A stretch of 53,699 nt of DNA from Bacteroidales bacterium (lineage in GTDB: Bacteria > Bacteroidota > Bacteroidia > Bacteroidales > UBA1715), in NCBI GenBank assembly GCA_036752345.1, contig DAIOSV010000004.1, forward strand, positions 1 to 53,699, read 5' to 3'. Positions 45,929-52,199 of this stretch are shown one piece after another. The position numbers and the translations under genes are program-made. Every line of letters begins with the position of its first letter. The stretch's first letter is position 1. Below the pieces are notes generated by a model. It saw only the letters and a list, made by a program, of their open reading frames with translations, ran no database searches and had not been told where the DNA came from.

Positions 45929-48520
45929 TTATTCGTTTCGGAACACTATTGCGCCTTTTTGTACGTCAACCAGTATCTTCGAGTCTTTCACAATTTCGCC
46001 CGAAAGAATTTTTTTAGACAATTCGTTGAGTAGCTCACGTTGAATCACACGTTTTATAGGTCGAGCACCAAATTGCGGATTGTAGCCAGCTTGCGCAAGT
46101 TCGGCTATTGCTTTCTCGCTGATGTCTATCTTGATATCCATTTCGGCAAGTCGTTGAGCCAATCGAGCAAATTGCATACGAACAATCTCCGAAATATTGT
46201 CAGGAGTAAGTGGCGTGAACATGATTGTTTCATCTATTCTGTTCAAAAACTCCGGTCTCACGCTCTTCTTCAGCAAATTGAACACATCTTCTTTCGCTTC
46301 TTCTATAATTTGCTCTTTGTTTGCTTCGGTAATGTGCTCAAACTTGTCTTGAATGATGTCGGAACCAATGTTTGACGTCATAATGATAATAGTGTTCTTG
46401 AAACTAGCCGTACGACCTTTGTTATCGGTTAATTGTCCGTCGTCAAGCACTTGTAGCAAAATGTTGAACACATCGGGGTGCGCTTTCTCAATCTCATCAA
46501 GCAATACAACCGAATATGGTTTACGGCGCACAGCTTCGGTAAGTTGACCACCTTCGTCATATCCCACGTATCCCGGAGGCGCTCCAATCAAACGAGAAAC
46601 GGAGTGGCGTTCCTGATATTCCGACATATCTATACGAGTCATTAGGTTTTCGTCGTCGAACAAAAATTCGGCTAGCGCTTTCGCCAGCTCGGTTTTACCA
46701 ACACCGGTAGTTCCCAAGAAAATGAAAGAACCTATCGGGCGTTTCTCATCTTGCAAACCGGCACGACTACGACGAACTGCATCGGCAATCGCTCTTATAG
46801 CTTCATCTTGGCCAACGACACGTTGGTGTAACTCGTTTTCAAGATTCAAAAGCTTATCCTTCTCGGCTTGAAGCATTTTGTTCACCGGAATGCCTGTCCA
46901 GCGAGAAACAACGTCGGCTATATCGTCGGCACCAACTTCCTCGTCAATCAAACCGCCGTTAAGTTGCTTTTCTTTCAACTCTTCGCTCAATTTCTGTAAT
47001 TCGCTTTCGAGTACTTTGAGTTTGCCGTAGCGAATTTCCGCAACTTTTCCATAGTCACCGTCACGTTCTGCTTTTTCAGCTTCAAACTTCAAGTTTTCTG
47101 TCTCTTGGTTGATGTTGTGAATCTTCGAAACAATTTCTTTTTCGGAGTTCCACGTAGCCATGTATTTGGTTAAATCTGCTTGCAAATCAGCTATTTGTTT
47201 GTCAATGAGCTCGGTGCGCGCAGTTTCTCCATCACGTTTTATTGCTTCACGTTCAATTTCCAACTGACGAATTTTACGGTTCAATTCATCAATTTCTTCT
47301 GGCACGGAATTCATTTCCATACGAAGTTTTGCAGCCGCTTCATCCATCAAATCTATGGCTTTGTCAGGCAAAAATCGGTTAGTAATGTATCGGTGCGAAA
47401 GTTCAACGGCAGCGATAATTGCTTCGTCGAGAATACGAACATTGTGGTGGTTTTCGTAACGCTCCTTCAATCCACGCAAGATTGATACTGCGTTGTCTAC
47501 ACTCGGTTCGTCAATCATTACCATCTGGAAACGACGTTCCAATGCTTTATCTTTTTCGAAATATTTTTGATATTCGTCAAGAGTGGTAGCACCTATGGCA
47601 CGAAGTTCACCACGCGCCAATGCCGGTTTTAGAATGTTTGCGGCATCCATTGCGCCTTCGCTTTGTCCCGCACCAACTAAGGTGTGAATTTCGTCGATGA
47701 ACAGAATAATCTCACCATTGGCCGAAATCACTTCGTTTATGACTGATTTGAGTCGTTCCTCAAATTCACCTTTATATTTTGCACCGGCGATAAGCGCACC
47801 CATGTCAAGTGAGAAAATTTGTTTTGTCTTCAAATTGTCGGGCACGTCGCCTTTGATGATACGGTGTGCAATACCTTCGGCAATTGCAGTTTTACCAACA
47901 CCTGGTTCGCCTATCAAAATCGGGTTGTTTTTGGTACGACGCGAAAGTATTTGCAACACACGGCGAATTTCATCGTCACGCCCAATAACCGGATCAAGTT
48001 TGCCCGCACGTGCTTGCGCATTCAAGTTTATGGCAAATTTTTGCAACGCATTGTAGGTATCTTCTGCCGTCTGACTCGTAACTTTATTCCCTTTCCGAAG
48101 TTCTTGAATAGCGGAAACCAAGGTTTTTTCGGTAATGCCGGAATCTTTCAACATCTGCGAAATTTGGTCGCCCGATTTGAATATACCCAAAAGTATGTGT
48201 TCTACCGAAACATATTGGTCGTCAAATGTTTTGGTTTGATTTACCGCCTCTTGCAACGCTTTGTTTGCGTTTGACGATAGATATGCCTCACCGCCCGATA
48301 CCTTCGGGTACGTAGTAATAATTCTGTCAAGAGCTGCTTGTACACCGGTAACATTTACATCGAGTTTTTTGAGCAAAAAAGATGTAATGCTATCGGCCTT
48401 TTCAAACAAAGCTTTGAGAATATGCCCTGTTTCAACGGCTTGTTGGTTATTACCATTTGCGATTTGTACCGCTTGGTTCATAACCTCTTGCGCTTTAATT
48501 GTGAATTGATTGAAATCCAT
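45929..48520 (-). CDS. clpB: ATP-dependent chaperone ClpB
   Basis: 863 aa with two AAA+ modules ([14 protein letters not shown]; [17 protein letters not shown]), a long coiled-coil middle domain and a Clp N-domain. Confidence 0.97.
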   Translation of the reverse strand: MDFNQFTIKAQEVMNQAVQIANGNNQQAVETGHILKALFEKADSITSFLLKKLDVNVTGVQAALDRIITTYPKVSGGEAYLSSNANKALQEAVNQTKTFDDQYVSVEHILLGIFKSGDQISQMLKDSGITEKTLVSAIQELRKGNKVTSQTAEDTYNALQKFAINLNAQARAGKLDPVIGRDDEIRRVLQILSRRTKNNPILIGEPGVGKTAIAEGIAHRIIKGDVPDNLKTKQIFSLDMGALIAGAKYKGEFEERLKSVINEVISANGEIILFIDEIHTLVGAGQSEGAMDAANILKPALARGELRAIGATTLDEYQKYFEKDKALERRFQMVMIDEPSVDNAVSILRGLKERYENHHNVRILDEAIIAAVELSHRYITNRFLPDKAIDLMDEAAAKLRMEMNSVPEEIDELNRKIRQLEIEREAIKRDGETARTELIDKQIADLQADLTKYMATWNSEKEIVSKIHNINQETENLKFEAEKAERDGDYGKVAEIRYGKLKVLESELQKLSEELKEKQLNGGLIDEEVGADDIADVVSRWTGIPVNKMLQAEKDKLLNLENELHQRVVGQDEAIRAIADAVRRSRAGLQDEKRPIGSFIFLGTTGVGKTELAKALAEFLFDDENLMTRIDMSEYQERHSVSRLIGAPPGYVGYDEGGQLTEAVRRKPYSVVLLDEIEKAHPDVFNILLQVLDDGQLTDNKGRTASFKNTIIIMTSNIGSDIIQDKFEHITEANKEQIIEEAKEDVFNLLKKSVRPEFLNRIDETIMFTPLTPDNISEIVRMQFARLAQRLAEMDIKIDISEKAIAELAQAGYNPQFGARPIKRVIQRELLNELSKKILSGEIVKDSKILVDVQKGAIVFRNE

Positions 48521-48632
48521 AGTTGTATGATTTTAAAGTTTCGGTACACGTAGTACAAAACGATTGCCAATACTCTAAAACGGACAAATTGACGTAAAAT
48601 GATATAAACGTGTGCCTATTTGTCGTATGTGC

Positions 48633-48666
48633 AAAAAAATCCCGACAAATTGTTATTTGCCGGGAT
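48633..48666 (-). terminator. rho-independent terminator after the Ser/Thr-rich protein gene
   Basis: The minus strand reads ATCCCGGCAAAT-AACA-ATTTGTCGGGAT (one mismatch) followed by TTTTTTT. Confidence 0.7.
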
Positions 48667-48689
48667 TCTTATTCTATATGTACAGGAGT

Positions 48690-49421
48690 TTATTTTCTTG
48701 AGCTTGGTGTGCTTCGTGAGGTGCTCGAATTGCTTCGTGATGTATTTGAAGAACGAGTACTACTACTTGTACTTGGCGAAGATGATTTTGAAGTGTTAAC
48801 CGAACTAGACGAAGATGGTTCAGTTGCAGAACTACGAGAAGTTGCGTTTGATGAGCTATTTACATCAGTGCTACGAGTACTTGGCGTAGAACGGCTTGTG
48901 CTACTTTGTGCCGGTCTTGCATTGCTTTGAGCGGAATTTGTGTTATTCTGTGTTTCGCTCGCCGTGCTTCTATTGTGATTTATTGGCTCCGGTTTCTTAG
49001 GAGTAGAGTGGTGCACATGGTCTGCTGGTTCTTGGTGCATAGGAGCAGGAGCAGCGTGGCGATGTGGATACGGAGTCACGTCCATAACAACCGGAGTTGC
49101 ATAGCGAGTTGACGAAACATAGATTTCATTTCCGCCGGTAAATGTTGCGGTAACCGTTGTTCTTTTGGGAACGTCAATACGGCAATCGTACATTAATTCG
49201 TTAGAACCGCCTTCGGCATATATTTGTACGCTATAATAGCCTCTTGGTATGTTTGAGATGGTAACTTGGTTGTAGTAGGAATAATATTTTTGACCATTCA
49301 CAAATACAGAGAAAGGAATATCTACTTCACCTCTAATGATTAAATCTGACGCAAAAATTTGAGCTGTGCTAAATATAATTGCTACAATTGCTATAAACCG
49401 TTTCATGATCTTGTCCTCCAA
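48690..49421 (-). CDS. secreted protein with a small N-terminal beta domain, a His/Pro-rich linker and a ~100-aa Ser/Thr/Arg-rich low-complexity tail
   Basis: 243 aa with a signal peptide (IIFSTAQIFA). The tail is ...STSRSTPSTRSTDVNSSSNATSRSSATEPSSSSSVNTSKSSSPSTSSSTRSSNTSRSNSSTSRSTPSSRK. I chose the minus frame over antisense ORF 48610-48930 because of the signal peptide, ATG start and downstream terminator. Confidence 0.65.
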   Translation of the reverse strand: MEDKIMKRFIAIVAIIFSTAQIFASDLIIRGEVDIPFSVFVNGQKYYSYYNQVTISNIPRGYYSVQIYAEGGSNELMYDCRIDVPKRTTVTATFTGGNEIYVSSTRYATPVVMDVTPYPHRHAAPAPMHQEPADHVHHSTPKKPEPINHNRSTASETQNNTNSAQSNARPAQSSTSRSTPSTRSTDVNSSSNATSRSSATEPSSSSSVNTSKSSSPSTSSSTRSSNTSRSNSSTSRSTPSSRK

Positions 49422-49449
49422 AATTTAAAGTTAAACAATTTTTCTTTTT

Positions 49450-49469
49450 ATATGGTTTGCAAACCATAT
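49450..49469. promoter_or_regulatory. perfect 20-nt palindrome ATATGGTTTGCAAACCATAT
   Basis: It is exactly self-complementary (10-0-10). It lies 29-48 nt upstream of the Ser/Thr-rich protein start and 45 nt downstream of the rhodanese stop. No T-run follows it on either strand. Confidence 0.4.
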
Positions 49470-49513
49470 GCCAAATATAATGGAACTTTTGTAAATAATT
49501 GGATTACAGTTGA

Positions 49514-49897
49514 TTATTTATTCTTGAAAACAACTTTGTTTGGATATTTTTTGCTAAAAGCTGTGATGCCACCTTGCATATTGTACACTTCTTTAAATCC
49601 GAGTCCAAGCATGATATTCATGGCCGTGGTACTTCGTCTGCCCGAACGGCAATACACCAAAATCGGAGTTTCTTTGGAGATAGTTGCAATATTTTTTTCA
49701 AAATTTTGATTGCGAACATCAATATTGATAGCGTTTACTATAGCAACCGAATCAAATTCGTGCGGTGTGCGTACGTCCACTATCTGCAAATTCGGTTTTG
49801 TGTTCATGAGTTTTTCCGATTTTGAAATAGTCAGATTTTTTTGACTACAAGCAACCAATGGGAGAAAGCATAGAGAGAGTAGGGCTAATTTCTTCAT
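49514..49897 (-). CDS. rhodanese-domain lipoprotein
   Basis: 127 aa, from the ATG at 49897 (MKKLALLSLCFLPLVACSQ lipobox). The active-site loop is CRSGRRS. The ORF-track N-terminal extension to 50014 runs through the tRNA gene and I rejected it. Confidence 0.85.
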   Translation of the reverse strand: MKKLALLSLCFLPLVACSQKNLTISKSEKLMNTKPNLQIVDVRTPHEFDSVAIVNAINIDVRNQNFEKNIATISKETPILVYCRSGRRSTTAMNIMLGLGFKEVYNMQGGITAFSKKYPNKVVFKNK

Positions 49898-49920
49898 ATT
49901 TACAGTAATATTAAAGTGTA

Positions 49921-49953
49921 AAAAGCAAAAACGCCCAACTTTTGTTGAGCGTT
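49921..49953 (-). terminator. rho-independent terminator after tRNA-Asp
   Basis: The minus strand reads AACGCTCAAC-AAAA-GTTGGGCGTT (one G-U pair) followed by TTTTGCTTTTT, immediately 3' of the tRNA. Confidence 0.7.
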
Positions 49954-49955
49954 TG

Positions 49956-50029
49956 CGGTGCGGACGAGACTCGAACTCGCGACCCTCGGCGTGACAGGCC
50001 GATATTCTAACCAACTGAACTACCGCACC
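49956..50029 (-). tRNA. tRNA-Asp (anticodon GTC)
   Basis: The reverse complement is GGTGCGGTAGTTCAGTTGGTTAGAATATCGGCCTGTCACGCCGAGGGTCGCGAGTTCGAGTCTCGTCCGCACCG. It has a 7-bp acceptor stem GGTGCGG/CCGCACC, anticodon loop CTGTCAC, the T-loop GGTTCGA variant GAGTTCGAGTC, and no encoded CCA. Confidence 0.93.
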
Positions 50030-50043
50030 AGATTTTGGTTGTG

Positions 50044-50073
50044 CAAATATACATATTCTTTCTTTTCAGCAAA
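50044..50073 (-). promoter_or_regulatory. candidate Bacteroidota promoter of tRNA-Asp (-33 TTTG, -7 TATATTTG)
   Basis: The minus strand has TATATTTG (50044-50051) 14 nt upstream of the mature tRNA 5' end, and TTTG (50070-50073) 18 nt further upstream. Confidence 0.4.
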
Positions 50074-50131
50074 GCCTTTGCTGAATTTTTTTGAAGAAAA
50101 TGTAAAATTTTTCCAAAAGGCAATTTCTCCT

Positions 50132-50148
50132 TCATTGAGGGAATTTTT
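50132..50148. repeat. left arm of a perfect 17-nt inverted repeat (TCATTGAGGGAATTTTT)
   Basis: It is the exact reverse complement of 51368-51384. It ends 1 nt before the ATPase stop codon. The core is a CCTTCATTGAGGG dyad. Confidence 0.9.
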
Positions 50149-50149
50149 G

Positions 50150-51337
50150 TTAGTAGTTAAGTCCAAATGTCCAAAGAGGAATTGTTATACCACTCCCATA
50201 CTCAATGTTGTCTTTCACGATGATGCCATTGGAAACATTTTCGATTTGTTTTTTCCCTTTTCTTTTGCCTCCAACTTCAAATGTGTATTGTCCAATGCAA
50301 AAATCCGATTCTTTTGAAGAAATCACGTCATTCCGTACTCGCATTTGATTGTAAAAAAATGTCTCTCTAATGTTACCTATGTCAGGTGTTCCCGAAGCCA
50401 AAACCGTCATTAGATTGGGATTGTCTATGTAGATTTTCTCTATTTTGCCAAGACCACGTATCCCTCCTGTATCGTCACGAAGCTGGCCTATCATTTGTGC
50501 TTTTTCAAGTATGAGCAAATAATCGGAAACGTTGTTTTTGCTTACGCCAATTTCAACGGCAAGATTTTCAACATTTGGTTTGAAAGGAGAAAGTTGAGAA
50601 ACAATTACAAGCATTTTTTTTAGTTTTTGGCTTGTTGTCATTTTCATTTGTGCATATTGTGGAATGTCAACTTCAAGAGTTTGAGCAATGATTTGTTTTA
50701 TTTTTATTTCAAAACCGCCTTCAAGAGAAAATGGGTAGTATCCTTTGGCAAGATATTCGTGGAACAAGGGCAAAGGGTGTTCTATTTCTTTAATAATAGC
50801 ATTGTGTTTTAGTATATCGTCAAGGCAAAAAGGAGGAATTTGTATTCCTTTATACAAATGTAAAAATTCTCTAAAAGAAAGTCCCTGTAAATTATACACA
50901 ACCATTCGTCGGCTTAAATCTGCGGAACCTTTGTGTATATCGAGTACAGAGGAACCTGTTACCACAACGTGCAGTTTGCGGTGTATGTCATATATTTGTT
51001 TCAGTTCCTGTGACCAACCCGGATATTTGTGTATTTCGTCTATATAGAGATATGATCCTCCGTATTTTACAAATTCGTCGGCCAAATCTTTTATGCTGTG
51101 TAGGGCAAAATAGGTGTCGTCGGCGGAAATGTATAAAAATTGTGATTTGTTTGTGGCGTCATTTTTTTGCTTAAGCAAGCGTTGTAAAATCATGGTTGAT
51201 TTGCCTACGCCTCTTGGTCCAACGATACCTATCATTTGTATTGACCAGTCTATTTCGTCTACAATATAGCGGTGAAACGATGTAGGAACAGTATTGAGCA
51301 GTTCTTCCGTTTGAGAAAAAAGAATATTATCGAGCAT
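50150..51337 (-). CDS. AAA-type ATPase of the AAA_14/DUF4143 class
   Basis: 395 aa, from the ATG at 51337. The TTG at 51361 chosen by the ORF track lies inside the -7 box. It has Walker A GPRGVGKST, Walker B YLYIDEIH, and a C-terminal region with a wHTH-like segment (NLAVEIGVSKNNVSDYLLILE) followed by a nuclease-fold-like tail typical of this family. Confidence 0.75.
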   Translation of the reverse strand: MLDNILFSQTEELLNTVPTSFHRYIVDEIDWSIQMIGIVGPRGVGKSTMILQRLLKQKNDATNKSQFLYISADDTYFALHSIKDLADEFVKYGGSYLYIDEIHKYPGWSQELKQIYDIHRKLHVVVTGSSVLDIHKGSADLSRRMVVYNLQGLSFREFLHLYKGIQIPPFCLDDILKHNAIIKEIEHPLPLFHEYLAKGYYPFSLEGGFEIKIKQIIAQTLEVDIPQYAQMKMTTSQKLKKMLVIVSQLSPFKPNVENLAVEIGVSKNNVSDYLLILEKAQMIGQLRDDTGGIRGLGKIEKIYIDNPNLMTVLASGTPDIGNIRETFFYNQMRVRNDVISSKESDFCIGQYTFEVGGKRKGKKQIENVSNGIIVKDNIEYGSGITIPLWTFGLNY

Positions 51338-51358
51338 AATACGAAGATTTAAAGTATG

Positions 51359-51366
51359 CAAATATA
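51359..51366 (-). promoter_or_regulatory. candidate -7 box (TATATTTG) of the ATPase gene
   Basis: The minus strand reads TATATTTG, 21 nt upstream of the ATG at 51337 and 1 nt downstream of the right inverted-repeat arm. Confidence 0.35.
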
Positions 51367-51367
51367 T

Positions 51368-51384
51368 AAAAATTCCCTCAATGA
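51368..51384. repeat. right arm of the perfect 17-nt inverted repeat (AAAAATTCCCTCAATGA)
   Basis: It is the exact reverse complement of 50132-50148. It contains the perfect 6-1-6 dyad CCCTCA-A-TGAGGG (51375-51387). Confidence 0.9.
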
Positions 51385-51410
51385 GGGATTGATTTGCGAA
51401 AAATTATCAC

Positions 51411-51422
51411 TCATTGAGGGAA
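51411..51422. repeat. third partial copy of the motif (TCATTGAGGGAA)
   Basis: It has the same orientation as the left arm and is identical over 12 nt. It lies 26 nt upstream of the right arm, between the ATPase and ORF6N genes. Confidence 0.8.
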
Positions 51423-51476
51423 AAGCATTCTTTTTATTAAAATGTATTACCGCATAAAAACAATGTATTTCTCAAG

Positions 51477-52055
51477 TTAATTCTTATAATCATTTTTCTT
51501 TACACGCTTTACGGTATGCTTGAGTTTTCCTATGATAAAATTGAGCTCAAGCGATGATTCTGTTTCTGAAGTTTCTAAGTCAGGCATCACTATATCGGAA
51601 AGCACTTCTCCAAAATGCTGCATTTTTGCTTGTTGCTTCTTCGCATCTTTTTCGTCGTGCAGTGAAATTAGCTCGCGTTTTAAACTTCGTACCTTAGTAA
51701 ACGTTTCAATAATTGCAATTGTAGCTGCAGTAGCCTGTGGACTTTTTAGAATAGTGGCAAGCATATACAATCCCTTTTCTGTAAAGGCTTTTGGTGCGTA
51801 TTTGCTATGTTGTCCACGACCTTTTGATTCGTTTAAGATCAAAATTTTTGACCTTAAAGAATTAGCTTCTTCTTTTTCTAGTTCAAAAACATATCCTTTC
51901 GGAAACTTCTCAATGTTGTTTTTTACTGCTTGATTGACAACTCTGGTTTCAACGCCGTATAGTGTAGCAACATCTACATCTAAAATTACTGAAAGTCCAC
52001 GCACGGTGATTACTTTGTCTTCTACTTCCGTAGGTTTTAAAATATTGGCATTCAT
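51477..52055 (-). CDS. ORF6N (KilA-N-related) DNA-binding domain protein
   Basis: 192 aa. The N-terminal pattern VITVRGLSVILDVDVATLYGVETRVVNQAVKNNIEKFPKGYVFELEKEE...KYAPKAFTEKGLYMLATILKSPQA matches the ORF6N domain as I know it. The C-terminus is coiled-coil-like. Confidence 0.75.
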   Translation of the reverse strand: MNANILKPTEVEDKVITVRGLSVILDVDVATLYGVETRVVNQAVKNNIEKFPKGYVFELEKEEANSLRSKILILNESKGRGQHSKYAPKAFTEKGLYMLATILKSPQATAATIAIIETFTKVRSLKRELISLHDEKDAKKQQAKMQHFGEVLSDIVMPDLETSETESSLELNFIIGKLKHTVKRVKKNDYKN

Positions 52056-52081
52056 TTTTTGCGTCTTTTGGTTTGGTTATG

Positions 52082-52089
52082 CAAATGTA
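52082..52089 (-). promoter_or_regulatory. candidate -7 box (TACATTTG) of the ORF6N gene
   Basis: The minus strand reads TACATTTG, 26 nt upstream of the ATG at 52055. Confidence 0.3.
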
Positions 52090-52125
52090 GTAAACCATTT
52101 TAAAAAGCGAAATATGCCTTGCGGG

Positions 52126-52160
52126 AAATAAAAAAGAGAGACACAAAATGCCTCTCTCTT
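52126..52160 (-). terminator. rho-independent terminator after the GH31 gene
   Basis: The minus strand reads AAGAGAGA-GGCATTTTGTG-TCTCTCTT followed by TTTTTATTT, 40 nt after the GH31 stop. Confidence 0.65.
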
Positions 52161-52199
52161 TCTTTAATTATAGTGGAGCAGTAGTTGCTCTACGAATGA

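Noticed and set aside
48610-48930. 106-aa plus-strand ORF (Leu/Glu/Val-rich) opposite the Ser/Thr-rich tail
   Set aside because: Low-complexity repeats keep both strands open. The minus-strand product has a signal peptide, an ATG start, a structured N-terminal domain and a downstream terminator. The plus-strand ORF has none of these and would start inside the terminator hairpin.
49898-50014. N-terminal extension of the rhodanese ORF (166-aa version in the ORF track)
   Set aside because: The extension reads straight through the tRNA-Asp gene and its terminator. The internal ATG at 49897 gives a clean lipoprotein signal peptide.
50065-50092. Hairpin TTCAGCAAAG-C-CTTTGCTGAA followed by TTTTTTT
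   Set aside because: I considered it as the terminator of the ATPase gene, but the T-run is on the plus strand, where no gene is upstream. On the minus strand it overlaps the putative -33 element of the tRNA promoter. Its role is ambiguous, so I did not call it.
49956-52160. tRNA-Asp-linked genomic island containing the ATPase and ORF6N genes
   Set aside because: The two genes lie on the 5' (promoter) side of the tRNA, not at its 3' end. There is no integrase and no duplicated tRNA 3' fragment (att-like repeat) that I can find. The evidence is only suggestive of an accessory locus, not of a tRNA-targeted island.
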